Shown here: positions 36,601-47,100 of the stretch, in pieces
How the letters are laid out: every line of letters begins with the position of its first letter
How positions within the stretch are numbered: the first letter of the stretch is position 1
Position numbers and translations under genes: made by a program
Source: Psilocybe cubensis
Taxonomy: Eukaryota
Reading direction: 5' to 3'
NCBI GenBank assembly: GCA_017499595.2
Contig: CM039010.1
Span: 2,232,001 to 2,296,000 of the forward strand
Length of the DNA stretch: 64,000 nucleotides
Notes under the pieces: model-generated
Databases searched by the model: none
Seen by the model: the letters and a program-made list of their open reading frames with translations, nothing else
Told to the model about the DNA's origin: nothing

Positions 36601-37227
36601 TATACGTCGGACTCCCTTGTTGTCTGTAGAGAAAACAGGGAGCTTGTAGCTGGATTTGCGGTCATCGTAAGTTGCCTTAACGATGAGGGCAGCAGCTTCG
36701 TAGCAAGAGTTGAGCGCGCATTTATCATCCCAAAAGGCCAGCTCGTCCTTTTTCGCCTGAATGGCGCCGTCGTTAATCGTCTTTTGGAAGACGTCACGAG
36801 CGGTAGAGAACGTAGTGGAGACTCGAAGAGCCTCCGCTGACCCGGCATCCGCGAATTCCTTCGTGAGTTGGAACTCGGGCGCCTTCACCTTAAGGCGATT
36901 GGGCGTGTTGCCTGCGCTAACGGCAGATTCAAGGCGCTCGAGGCTAGCCTTGACTGTTTCCCTTTTGTCGCACCACGATGCGAGGTTGAGGAGAAACTCC
37001 CTGAGGGCAGCACGATAGTCAAAAAAGACGCAGTCTATGACTTGGTCAACGGAGCGGCACTCAGCTATTTTTTTGATGACCACAGTGGCCAGCTCGTCGA
37101 TAAGAGCGTTATGGCGGCCTGCTTCATCGTTGACGCCGAAGACAGTGTTGTTGACGACGGCCTGGGTGAGTGCGTCCAGGGTAGGGGACATGGCACGAGA
37201 GAATGCAGCAGAGTATTGGGATGACAT
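33694..37227 (-). CDS. Penelope-like reverse transcriptase polyprotein (ORF1-RT, 1177 aa, no GIY-YIG endonuclease seen)
   Basis: PLE/TERT-like motifs TDKNLGL, FHGIPKIHK, FRPII, VTGDVVAFYPNI, YFRQKNGLAMG, YGRYIDDCF, QFLD, SHHP; no GIY-YIG motif after the RT. Confidence 0.93.
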   Translation of the reverse strand: MSSQYSAAFSRAMSPTLDALTQAVVNNTVFGVNDEAGRHNALIDELATVVIKKIAECRSVDQVIDCVFFDYRAALREFLLNLASWCDKRETVKASLERLESAVSAGNTPNRLKVKAPEFQLTKEFADAGSAEALRVSTTFSTARDVFQKTINDGAIQAKKDELAFWDDKCALNSCYEAAALIVKATYDDRKSSYKLPVFSTDNKGVRRIAEWVVSPQKKAECSALQTILPAIFSHIKQIVNMRHRALAIKIEKKRTTAATADVEMADATKPGPSIQSLIDKGLNARLKKLNLGSVGKKASFRNPSPIILDTNYYSNYPDFVWPEFVQGSSTSGQKSWPFETQVVVDAFAEEASNQGFQQGRQQEEREGESSRQEQRSKGKGKGKSLDARSTVASFTSVRPAFPNSIPDDILTMTKTDAVSFVHLNTPISFLLAGQYRSSVHCSPGVSVPVDVANDLSLGLNYMFFTLPSKNLIMQAWNDFQRRIRWRIYFLFKEGMNKPFDPDYGVSSKKKEKPPMLPQFMELGLSMGRRYVIKTIASIPEEALKEMRKHAFSPKRDKIQKFLIDNNYVITMTDKNLGLAVSERDWILRNELNLLEDERNYEELEFEVAQEVMKSKMIQMQTLARTVEDEHLFLFELGLSRFFLSNVPEDGSSFKYPQFHGIPKIHKKPTGFRPIIPCHSVVFNPAAKFVSKELKPIIKSTPSIIHGTKDLFTRLSQLRIDSKRQWYFVTGDVVAFYPNIPLDLCIEIVCSMYEEWLLNTSEENTTLAHIKPNSLENNLVKLGIFKRAIEIGNTQLITQHGSRYFRQKNGLAMGVADSPDLANLFGAHFEIKSKILDHPNVAFYGRYIDDCFAIVYAESKALALNLIKETIKFDGCVIEWAVSSSGCQFLDAFIFKESGKLHWKPFVKTGNNRERVPWVSHHPLDVKRGVYIGELSRLAVLCSTKEIYIGAIRDLNALYLMRGYPENLVMSWCKKNIQERWEKRFALRVAEHDESILVLKTRFDQVWNWFSAAELGKTVTEYWSAWYEHAEKGLYSADSSRPLIKPDPNYVHDLDDVRPELFTQILVDGETEFVPDLRKIGLLGSRWIVSRKRNTNLFDLANVWKKTVFRKLDEDIAEKGGVVPETQNVNETYHSALVEAAEQISIESDNEIILHRRSISQEREHPEFGRISKSYNR
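36069..37227 (-). CDS. Predicted spliced ORF1 isoform (365 aa): exon 37227-36334 plus exon 36272-36069, Lys-rich tail
   Basis: AAG|GCAAGT donor, CTAAT branch point and CCCAG| acceptor. Removing 61 nt joins ...GSVGKK to TLSGPNSSKAPQ...KGKGKARA*. Conserved in all five full copies. Confidence 0.7.
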
Positions 37228-37330
37228 GGTAACTGATGGGTGATAGCAAAGTCGTTGGGTTTAGGGGGGGAGCGAGCACCGAGCGAAGCGAGGTGCGAGC
37301 GACTAGTTTAAACTGTGAGTTTGAAATAGA

Positions 37331-37406
37331 AAGAAGGCCAGAGGGCTGTTTGGGGGTACAAACGGCCAGCCCTTTCGTCTTTATAGACTCTTCAGTGGCT
37401 ATTCTT
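37331..37406 (-). ncRNA. Type I hammerhead ribozyme
   Basis: Same as 32907-32982; cleavage 37341/37340, 113 nt upstream of the ORF start. Confidence 0.88.
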
Positions 37407-37981
37407 AGAAGGAATGTTCTGGAACATCCGATGACAGCGCGTGAAGTGATGCTGCGCAGCTGTCATGTATCTTACCGACTATCACAAATCTGTCAATGTT
37501 TATTGTCAAGTTAGACAGGTCTCTGATGAACAGAGTGTCACGGGTCAATGTGGCACATGGTAACCTGTCAAAAGTGGATCCAACACTTTTGTTCTTTGAC
37601 ATCGTGGGTTATTGACTGTGATGTGAATCACATGGATATAGATTACTCTGGTTACGTGGCTCCGAGTAACCGCGACATGGGAATATTCACATGTCTAGAG
37701 TATAAATAGCTTACCTGGGTCCTTACCTAACAATCAAAAAATAGAATGATTGATTGTTGTGAATCTTAATTGGACAATTCATGATCCGGTCCATCAAAAA
37801 TGTTTCCACGGTACTAAGGAACTTTTCCCGAAGTACTAAGTAACTTTTCCCATGTACTAAATTAGATCCGGCCCTTCACAATCACATGCCGTTCGGAAGT
37901 TCACACGCCTACCTTATTTCCTACTAAGGTTAGACTTAGTTAGCTTAGGGTTGGGGTTAGGTTAGGGCTTAGGGTTTAGGG

Positions 37982-38050
37982 GGGGAGCGAGCACCGAGCG
38001 AAGCGAGGTGCGAGCGACTAATTTAAACTGTGAGTTAAATGGAAAGTAGC
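37982..38050 (-). mobile_element. 69-bp terminal fragment of the element
   Basis: GGGGAGCGAGCACC...GGAAAGTAGC, then TTTAGGG repeats. Confidence 0.9.
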
Positions 38051-38141
38051 GTTTAGGGTTTAGGGTTAGGGTTTAGGGTTTAGGGTTTAGGGTTTAGGGT
38101 TTAGGGTTTAGGGTTTAGGGTTTAGGGTTTAGGGTTTAGGG
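38051..38141 (+). repeat. Interstitial TTTAGGG tract
   Basis: About 13 units, one TTAGGG variant. Confidence 0.95.
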
Positions 38142-38202
38142 GGGGAGCGAGCACCGAGCGAAGCGAGGTGCGAGCGACTAGTTTAAACTGGGAGTTAAAT
38201 GG

Positions 38203-38278
38203 AAAGTAGCCAGAGGGCTGTTGGGGGATCCCAACAACCAGCCCTTTCGTCTTTATAGACTCTTCAGTGGCTATTCTT
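38203..38278 (-). ncRNA. Type I hammerhead ribozyme
   Basis: UAGCCA-CUGAAGA-GUCUauaaAGAC-GAAA-GGGCUG..GGGAUCCC..CAGCCC-UC^UGGCUA; cleavage 38213/38212. Confidence 0.9.
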
Positions 38279-38988
38279 AGAAGGAATGTTCTAGACATCC
38301 GATGACAGCGCGTGAAGTGATGCTGCGCAGCTGTCATGTATCTTACCGACTATCACAAATCTGTCAATGTTTATTGTCAAGTTAGACAGGTCTCTGATGA
38401 ACAGAGTGTCACGGGTCGATGTGGCACATGGTAACCTGTCAAAAGTGGATCCAACACTTTTGTTCTTTGACATCGTGGGTTATTGACTGTGATGTGAATC
38501 ACATGGATATAGATTACTCTGGTTACGTGGCTCCGAGTAACCGCGACATGGGAATATTCACATGTCTAGAGTATAAATAACTTACCTGGGTCCTTACCTA
38601 ACAATCAAACAATAGAATGATTGATTGTTGTGAATCTTAATTGGACAGTTCATGATCCGGTCCATCAAAAATGTTTCCACGGTACTAAGGAACTTTTCCC
38701 GAAGTACTAAGTAACTTTTCCCATGTACTAAATTAGATCCGGCCCTTCACAATCACATGCCGTTCGGAAGTTCACACGCCTACCTTACTTCCTACTAAGG
38801 TTAGACTTAGTTAGCTTAGGGTTGGGGTTAGGTTAGGGTTTAGGGTTTAGGGTTTAGGGTTTAGGTTTAGGTTTAGCTATTCAATCCAATGTGTTGCTTG
38901 TAAGTAGATGTTTGTTACTTTATAGCAAGGAATACTTACGGTTAGGGTTTTTTTCTAATGCTTTACGCCTTAAGCGCTAGTATTCTTT

Positions 38989-41900
38989 TCATCGGTTGTA
39001 AGATTTGGATATTCTGCCAAATTCTGGATGTTCCCTCTCTTGTGAGATTGAACGTCTATGAAGTATTATCTCGTTATCACTTTCGATACTTATCTGCTCA
39101 GCAGCTTCAACTAAAGCAGAATGATAAGTTTCATTAACGTTTTGAGTTTCGGGAACAACACCACCTTTTTCAGCGATGTCTTCATCCAGTTTACGAAAGA
39201 CTGTTTTCTTCCACACATTTGCAAGGTCGAAAAGATTAGTATTGCGTTTTCGCGATACTATCCAACGACTTCCGAGTAGTCCTATCTTCCTCAAATCCGG
39301 TACGAACTCAGTTTCTCCGTCCACGAGGATCTGTGTGAACAGCTCCGGGCGAACATCATCGAGGTCGTGAACGTAATTTGGATCTGGTTTGATAAGGGGT
39401 CTGGACGAGTCTGCACTATACAAACCTTTCTCGGCATGTTCATACCATGCCGACCAGTACTCGGTAACAGTTTTTCCAAGTTCAGCAGCTGAAAACCAAT
39501 TCCATACCTGATCAAATCTGGTTTTAAGTACAAGAATGGATTCGTCGTGCTCTGCGACTCGTAAAGCGAATCGCTTTTCCCAACGTTCTTGTATATTCTT
39601 CTTACACCAAGATATGACTAGGTTTTCGGGATAACCGCGCATCAAATAGAGAGCGTTAAGGTCTCTAATTGCTCCGATGTAGATTTCCTTGGTACTACAT
39701 AGCACGGCTAACCTGGATAACTCTCCAATGTAGACGCCACGTTTGACGTCCAAAGGATGATGTGATACCCATGGAACTCGTTCTCGGTTGTTTCCTGTCT
39801 TGACAAAAGGCTTCCAATGAAGTTTTCCAGACTCCTTGAATATGAAAGCATCGAGAAATTGACATCCCGACGAGGAAACAGCCCATTCGATAACACAACC
39901 ATCGAACTTTATTGTTTCTTTAATAAGATTAAGTGCAAGTGCTTCGGACTCGGCGTAAACAATTGCGAAACAATCGTCGATGTACCTTCCATAGAAGGCC
40001 ACGTTTGGGTGGTCTAAGATTTTTGACTTTATTTCAAAATGGGCTCCAAAGAGGTTAGCAAGGTCCGGAGAATCCGCGACGCCCATTGCGAGGCCATTTT
40101 TTTGTCTAAAATATCTAGACCCATGTTGTGTTATCAATTGCGTATTGCCAATCTCGATAGCACGTTTAAAGATGCCCAATTTAACCAAGTTATTCTCTAA
40201 CGAATTTGGATTAATATGGGCTAATGCAGTGTTTTCTTCCGAAGCGTTGAGTAACCATTCCTCGTACATACTACAAACGATTTCGATGCACAAGTCCAAC
40301 GGAATATTGGGATAGAAAGCAACTACATCTCCAGTGACAAAATACCATTGTCTTTTGGAGTCTATACGCAATTGGCTTAATCTCGTAAAGAGATCCTTCG
40401 TTCCGTGTATGATTGAAGGAGTCGATTTAATAATCGGCTTAAGCTCTTTTGATACAAACTTGGCTGCAGGATTAAATACTACAGAGTGACACGGAATTAT
40501 GGGCCTAAATCCAGTAGGTTTCTTGTGGATTTTAGGTATACCATGAAATTGAGGATACTTGAACGATGATCCGTCTTCCGGTACATTCGATAGAAAGAAT
40601 CGAGACAACCCAAGTTCAAATAGAAACAGATGTTCATCTTCGACAGTACGTGCGAGCGTTTGCATCTGAATCATTTTGCTCTTCATAACTTCTTGCGCAA
40701 CTTCGAATTCTAACTCTTCGTAATTACGTTCATCTTCAAGAAGATTGAGCTCATTCCTTAATATCCAGTCGCGTTCAGACACCGCGAGGCCAAGATTCTT
40801 ATCTGTCATCGTAATAACATAGTTGTTATCGATAAGAAACTTACGGATCTTGTCCCTTTTAGGAGAGAACGCGTGCTTTCGCATCTCCGTAAGGGCTTCT
40901 TCCGGGATACTTGCGATCGTGCGTTGCACGTACCGACGTCCCATCGAAAGGCCAAGTTCCATATATTGCGGTAATACAGGAGGTTTCTCTTTCTTTTTTG
41001 AGCTTACTCCATAATCTGGATCAAAAGGTTTATTCATGCCTTCCTTAAACAAAAAATAGATACGCCATCTTATTCTTCGTTGGAAATCATTCCATGCTTG
41101 CATGATCAGACTTTTAGAAGGCAGAGTGAAAAACATATAATTAAGTCCGAGAGAGAGATCGTTTGCTACATCAACAGGGACAGAAACACCAGGACTACAA
41201 TGTACACTACTACGATACTGGCCAGCCAACAAGAATGATATTGGAGTATGTAAGTGTACGAAAGAAACTGCGTCTGTTTTAGTCATGGTGAGTATATCGT
41301 CAGGAATAGAGTTGGGGAAGGCGGGTCTCACCGACGTAAAAGGTACTACATTAGACCGCGCATCTAGGCTCTTGCCTTTCCCTTTCCCTTTGGATCGTTC
41401 TTGACGGGAGCTCTCCCCTTCCCTTTCTTCTTGTTGTCGACCTTGTTGGAAGCCTTGGTTTGAGGCTTGCGTTGCGAAGGCGTCGACGACGACTTGGGTT
41501 TCGAAGGGCCAGCTTTCTTGGCCTGAGGTTGAGGAGCCTTGGACGAATTCTGGCCAGACAAAGTCTGGGTAATTAGAGTAGTAATTAGTATCCAGAATTA
41601 TGGGTGAAGGGTTACGAAAACTTGCCTTCTTGCCCACAGATCCAAGGTTGAGCTTCTTGAGACGTGCATTCAAGCCCTTATCAATAAGGGATTGAATCGA
41701 CGGACCTGGTTTGGTCGCGTCGGCCATCTCGACATCGGCTGTTGCCGCAGTCGTCCGCTTTTTCTCAATCTTAATTGCCAAAGCGCGGTGGCGCATGTTG
41801 ACAATTTGTTTGATGTGAGAAAAGATCGCCGGCAGTATGGTTTGCAGCGCACTGCATTCGGCTTTCTTTTGCGGAGACACTACCCACTCTGCTATACGTC

Positions 41901-42519
41901 GAACTCCCTTGTTATCTGTAGAGAAAACAGGGAGCTTGTAGCTGGATTTGCGATCATCGTAAGTTGCCTTAACGATGAGGGCAGCAGCTTCGTAGCAAGA
42001 GTTGAGTGCGCATTTATCATCCCAAAAAGTCAGCTCGTCCTTTTTCGCCTGAATGGCGCCGTCGTTAATTGCCTTTTGGAAGGCGTCACGAGCGGTAGAG
42101 AACGTAGTGGAGACTCGAAGAGCCTCCGCTGACCCGGCATCCGCGAATTCCTTCGTAAGTTGGAACTCGGGTGCCTTCACCTTAAGGCGATTGGGCGTGT
42201 TGCCTGCGCTAACGGCAGATTCAAGGCGCTCGAGGCTAGCCTTGACTGTTTCCCTCTTATCGCACCACGATGCGAGGTTGAGGAGAAACTCCCTAAGGGC
42301 AGCACGATAGTCAAAAAAGACGCAGTCTATGACTTGGTCAACGGAGCGGCACTCAGCTATTTTTTTGATGACCACAGTGGCCAGCTCGTCGATCAGAGCG
42401 TTATGGCGGCCTGCTTCATCGTTGACGCCGAAAACGGTGTTGTTGACGACGGCCTGGGTGAGTGCGTCCAGGGTGGGGGACATGGCACGAGAGAAAGCAG
42501 CAGAGTATTGAGATGACAT
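38989..42519 (-). CDS. Penelope-like RT polyprotein, 1176 aa (candidate intron 41565-41625)
   Basis: Same RT motifs as copy 1. Confidence 0.93.
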   Translation of the reverse strand: MSSQYSAAFSRAMSPTLDALTQAVVNNTVFGVNDEAGRHNALIDELATVVIKKIAECRSVDQVIDCVFFDYRAALREFLLNLASWCDKRETVKASLERLESAVSAGNTPNRLKVKAPEFQLTKEFADAGSAEALRVSTTFSTARDAFQKAINDGAIQAKKDELTFWDDKCALNSCYEAAALIVKATYDDRKSSYKLPVFSTDNKGVRRIAEWVVSPQKKAECSALQTILPAIFSHIKQIVNMRHRALAIKIEKKRTTAATADVEMADATKPGPSIQSLIDKGLNARLKKLNLGSVGKKASFRNPSPIILDTNYYSNYPDFVWPEFVQGSSTSGQESWPFETQVVVDAFATQASNQGFQQGRQQEEREGESSRQERSKGKGKGKSLDARSNVVPFTSVRPAFPNSIPDDILTMTKTDAVSFVHLHTPISFLLAGQYRSSVHCSPGVSVPVDVANDLSLGLNYMFFTLPSKSLIMQAWNDFQRRIRWRIYFLFKEGMNKPFDPDYGVSSKKKEKPPVLPQYMELGLSMGRRYVQRTIASIPEEALTEMRKHAFSPKRDKIRKFLIDNNYVITMTDKNLGLAVSERDWILRNELNLLEDERNYEELEFEVAQEVMKSKMIQMQTLARTVEDEHLFLFELGLSRFFLSNVPEDGSSFKYPQFHGIPKIHKKPTGFRPIIPCHSVVFNPAAKFVSKELKPIIKSTPSIIHGTKDLFTRLSQLRIDSKRQWYFVTGDVVAFYPNIPLDLCIEIVCSMYEEWLLNASEENTALAHINPNSLENNLVKLGIFKRAIEIGNTQLITQHGSRYFRQKNGLAMGVADSPDLANLFGAHFEIKSKILDHPNVAFYGRYIDDCFAIVYAESEALALNLIKETIKFDGCVIEWAVSSSGCQFLDAFIFKESGKLHWKPFVKTGNNRERVPWVSHHPLDVKRGVYIGELSRLAVLCSTKEIYIGAIRDLNALYLMRGYPENLVISWCKKNIQERWEKRFALRVAEHDESILVLKTRFDQVWNWFSAAELGKTVTEYWSAWYEHAEKGLYSADSSRPLIKPDPNYVHDLDDVRPELFTQILVDGETEFVPDLRKIGLLGSRWIVSRKRNTNLFDLANVWKKTVFRKLDEDIAEKGGVVPETQNVNETYHSALVEAAEQISIESDNEIILHRRSISQEREHPEFGRISKSYNR

Positions 42520-42619
42520 AGTGGCTGATGGATAATAGCAAAGTCGTTGGGTTTAGGGGGGGAGCGAGCACCGAGCGAAGCGAGGTGCGAGCGACTAGTT
42601 TAAACTGGGAGTTAAATGG

Positions 42620-42695
42620 AAAGTAGCCAGAGGGCTGTTGGGGGATCCCAACAACCAGCCCTTTCGTCTTTATAGACTCTTCAGTGGCTATTCTT
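42620..42695 (-). ncRNA. Type I hammerhead ribozyme
   Basis: Same as 38203-38278; cleavage 42630/42629. Confidence 0.9.
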
Positions 42696-43356
42696 AGAAG
42701 GAATGTTCTAGACATCCGATGACAGCGCGTGAAGTGATGCTGCGCAGCTGTCATGTATCTTACCGACTATCACAAATCTGTCAATGTTTATTGTCAAGTT
42801 AGACAGGTCTCTGATGAACAGAGTGTCACGGGTCGATGTGGCACATGGTAACCTGTCAAAAGTGGATCCAACACTTTTGTTCTTTGACATCGTGGGTTAT
42901 TGACTGTGATGTGAATCACATGGATATAGATTACTCTGGTTACGTGGCTCCGAGTAACCGCGACATGGGAATATTCACATGTCTAGAGTATAAATAACTT
43001 ACCTGGGTCCTTACCTAACAATCAAACAATAGAATGATTGATTGTTGTGAATCTTAATTGGACAGTTCATGATCCGGTCCATCAAAAATGTTTCCACGGT
43101 ACTAAGGAACTTTTCCCGAAGTACTAAGTAACTTTTCCCATGTACTAAATTAGATCCGGCCCTTCACAATCACATGCCGTTCGGAAGTTCACACGCCTAC
43201 CTTACTTCCTACTAAGGTTAGACTTAGTTAGCTTAGGGTTGGGGTTAGGTTAGGGTTTAGGGTTTAGGGTTTAGGGTTTAGGTTTAGGTTTAGGGGGGGA
43301 GCGAGCACCGAGCGAAGCGAGGTGCGAGCGACTAGTTTAAACTGGGAGTTAAATGG

Positions 43357-43432
43357 AAAGTAGCCAGAGGGCTGTTGGGGGATCCCAACAACCAGCCCTT
43401 TCGTCTTTATAGACTCTTCAGTGGCTATTCTT
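43357..43432 (-). ncRNA. Type I hammerhead ribozyme
   Basis: Same core and stems. Confidence 0.9.
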
Positions 43433-44142
43433 AGAAGGAATGTTCTAGACATCCGATGACAGCGCGTGAAGTGATGCTGCGCAGCTGTCATGTATCTTAC
43501 CGACTATCACAAATCTGTCAATGTTTATTGTCAAGTTAGACAGGTCTCTGATGAACAGAGTGTCACGGGTCGATGTGGCACATGGTAACCTGTCAAAAGT
43601 GGATCCAACACTTTTGTTCTTTGACATCGTGGGTTATTGACTGTGATGTGAATCACATGGATATAGATTACTCTGGTTACGTGGCTCCGAGTAACCGCGA
43701 CATGGGAATATTCACATGTCTAGAGTATAAATAACTTACCTGGGTCCTTACCTAACAATCAAACAATAGAATGATTGATTGTTGTGAATCTTAATTGGAC
43801 AGTTCATGATCCGGTCCATCAAAAATGTTTCCACGGTACTAAGGAACTTTTCCCGAAGTACTAAGTAACTTTTCCCATGTACTAAATTAGATCCGGCCCT
43901 TCACAATCACATGCCGTTCGGAAGTTCACACGCCTACCTTACTTCCTACTAAGGTTAGACTTAGTTAGCTTAGGGTTGGGGTTAGGTTAGGGTTTAGGGT
44001 TTAGGGTTTAGGGTTTAGGTTTAGGTTTAGCTATTCAATCCAATGTGTTGCTTGTAAGTAGATGTTTGTTACTTTATAGCAAGGAATACTTACGGTTAGG
44101 GTTTTTTTCTAATGCTTTACGCCTTAAGCGCTAGTATTCTTT

Positions 44143-47100
44143 TCATCGGTTGTAAGATTTGGATATTCTGCCAAATTCTGGATGTTCCCTCTCTTGTGAG
44201 ATTGAACGTCTATGAAGTATTATCTCGTTATCACTTTCGATACTTATCTGCTCAGCAGCTTCAACTAAAGCAGAATGATAAGTTTCATTAACGTTTTGAG
44301 TTTCGGGAACAACACCACCTTTTTCAGCGATGTCTTCATCCAGTTTACGAAAGACTGTTTTCTTCCACACATTTGCAAGGTCGAAAAGATTAGTATTGCG
44401 TTTTCGCGATACTATCCAACGACTTCCGAGTAGTCCTATCTTCCTCAAATCCGGTACGAACTCAGTTTCTCCGTCCACGAGGATCTGTGTGAACAGCTCC
44501 GGGCGAACATCATCGAGGTCGTGAACGTAATTTGGATCTGGTTTGATAAGGGGTCTGGACGAGTCTGCACTATACAAACCTTTCTCGGCATGTTCATACC
44601 ATGCCGACCAGTACTCGGTAACAGTTTTTCCAAGTTCAGCAGCTGAAAACCAATTCCATACCTGATCAAATCTGGTTTTAAGTACAAGAATGGATTCGTC
44701 GTGCTCTGCGACTCGTAAAGCGAATCGCTTTTCCCAACGTTCTTGTATATTCTTCTTACACCAAGATATGACTAGGTTTTCGGGATAACCGCGCATCAAA
44801 TAGAGAGCGTTAAGGTCTCTAATTGCTCCGATGTAGATTTCCTTGGTACTACATAGCACGGCTAACCTGGATAACTCTCCAATGTAGACGCCACGTTTGA
44901 CGTCCAAAGGATGATGTGATACCCATGGAACTCGTTCTCGGTTGTTTCCTGTCTTGACAAAAGGCTTCCAATGAAGTTTTCCAGACTCCTTGAATATGAA
45001 AGCATCGAGAAATTGACATCCCGACGAGGAAACAGCCCATTCGATAACACAACCATCGAACTTTATTGTTTCTTTAATAAGATTAAGTGCAAGTGCTTCG
45101 GACTCGGCGTAAACAATTGCGAAACAATCGTCGATGTACCTTCCATAGAAGGCCACGTTTGGGTGGTCTAAGATTTTTGACTTTATTTCAAAATGGGCTC
45201 CAAAGAGGTTAGCAAGGTCCGGAGAATCCGCGACGCCCATTGCGAGGCCATTTTTTTGTCTAAAATATCTAGACCCATGTTGTGTTATCAATTGCGTATT
45301 GCCAATCTCGATAGCACGTTTAAAGATGCCCAATTTAACCAAGTTATTCTCTAACGAATTTGGATTAATATGGGCTAATGCAGTGTTTTCTTCCGAAGCG
45401 TTGAGTAACCATTCCTCGTACATACTACAAACGATTTCGATGCACAAGTCCAACGGAATATTGGGATAGAAAGCAACTACATCTCCAGTGACAAAATACC
45501 ATTGTCTTTTGGAGTCTATACGCAATTGGCTTAATCTCGTAAAGAGATCCTTCGTTCCGTGTATGATTGAAGGAGTCGATTTAATAATCGGCTTAAGCTC
45601 TTTTGATACAAACTTGGCTGCAGGATTAAATACTACAGAGTGACACGGAATTATGGGCCTAAATCCAGTAGGTTTCTTGTGGATTTTAGGTATACCATGA
45701 AATTGAGGATACTTGAACGATGATCCGTCTTCCGGTACATTCGATAGAAAGAATCGAGACAACCCAAGTTCAAATAGAAACAGATGTTCATCTTCGACAG
45801 TACGTGCGAGCGTTTGCATCTGAATCATTTTGCTCTTCATAACTTCTTGCGCAACTTCGAATTCTAACTCTTCGTAATTACGTTCATCTTCAAGAAGATT
45901 GAGCTCATTCCTTAATATCCAGTCGCGTTCAGACACCGCGAGGCCAAGATTCTTATCTGTCATCGTAATAACATAGTTGTTATCGATAAGAAACTTACGG
46001 ATCTTGTCCCTTTTAGGAGAGAACGCGTGCTTTCGCATCTCCGTAAGGGCTTCTTCCGGGATACTTGCGATCGTGCGTTGCACGTACCGACGTCCCATCG
46101 AAAGGCCAAGTTCCATATATTGCGGTAATACAGGAGGTTTCTCTTTCTTTTTTGAGCTTACTCCATAATCTGGATCAAAAGGTTTATTCATGCCTTCCTT
46201 AAACAAAAAATAGATACGCCATCTTATTCTTCGTTGGAAATCATTCCATGCTTGCATGATCAGACTTTTAGAAGGCAGAGTGAAAAACATATAATTAAGT
46301 CCGAGAGAGAGATCGTTTGCTACATCAACAGGGACAGAAACACCAGGACTACAATGTACACTACTACGATACTGGCCAGCCAACAAGAATGATATTGGAG
46401 TATGTAAGTGTACGAAAGAAACTGCGTCTGTTTTAGTCATGGTGAGTATATCGTCAGGAATAGAGTTGGGGAAGGCGGGTCTCACCGACGTAAAAGGTAC
46501 TACATTAGACCGCGCATCTAGGCTCTTGCCTTTCCCTTTCCCTTTGGATCGTTCTTGACGGGAGCTCTCCCCTTCCCTTTCTTCTTGTTGTCGACCTTGT
46601 TGGAAGCCTTGGTTTGAGGCTTGCGTTGCGAAGGCGTCGACGACGACTTGGGTTTCGAAGGGCCAGCTTTCTTGGCCTGAGGTTGAGGAGCCTTGGACGA
46701 ATTCTGGCCAGACAAAGTCTGGGTAATTAGAGTAGTAATTAGTATCCAGAATTATGGGTGAAGGGTTACGAAAACTTGCCTTCTTGCCCACAGATCCAAG
46801 GTTGAGCTTCTTGAGACGTGCATTCAAGCCCTTATCAATAAGGGATTGAATCGACGGACCTGGTTTGGTCGCGTCGGCCATCTCGACATCGGCTGTTGCC
46901 GCAGTCGTCCGCTTTTTCTCAATCTTAATTGCCAAAGCGCGGTGGCGCATGTTGACAATTTGTTTGATGTGAGAAAAGATCGCCGGCAGTATGGTTTGCA
47001 GCGCACTGCATTCGGCTTTCTTTTGCGGAGACACTACCCACTCTGCTATACGTCGAACTCCCTTGTTATCTGTAGAGAAAACAGGGAGCTTGTAGCTGGA

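Larger units (their letters stand above)
32843..37981 (-). mobile_element. Full-length endonuclease-less Penelope-like (Coprina-type) retroelement copy 1 with pseudo-LTRs at both ends
   Basis: Direct repeats of about 700 bp at 32843 and about 37267 flank the RT ORF; internal telomere-like tract in the 3' UTR; telomeric repeats on both sides. Confidence 0.92.
38142..43295 (-). mobile_element. Penelope-like element copy 2 (5154-bp unit)
   Basis: Pseudo-LTR, ORF, pseudo-LTR; repeats with period 5154. Confidence 0.92.

Noticed and set aside
33694-37227. Long RT ORF as telomerase (TERT), R2-like rDNA element or LTR pol
   Set aside because: It is multicopy with pseudo-LTRs. No TERT T-motif, restriction-like endonuclease, RNase H or integrase was seen. 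28S does not resume after the insertion, and the canonical R2 target region (TTAAGGTAGCCAA, ~30988) is intact.
36400-37514. Antisense ORFs over the element and pseudo-LTR ORFs (e.g. MSKNKSVG...)
   Set aside because: Shadow frames. The pseudo-LTR ORFs vary in length between copies and mostly lack ATG starts.
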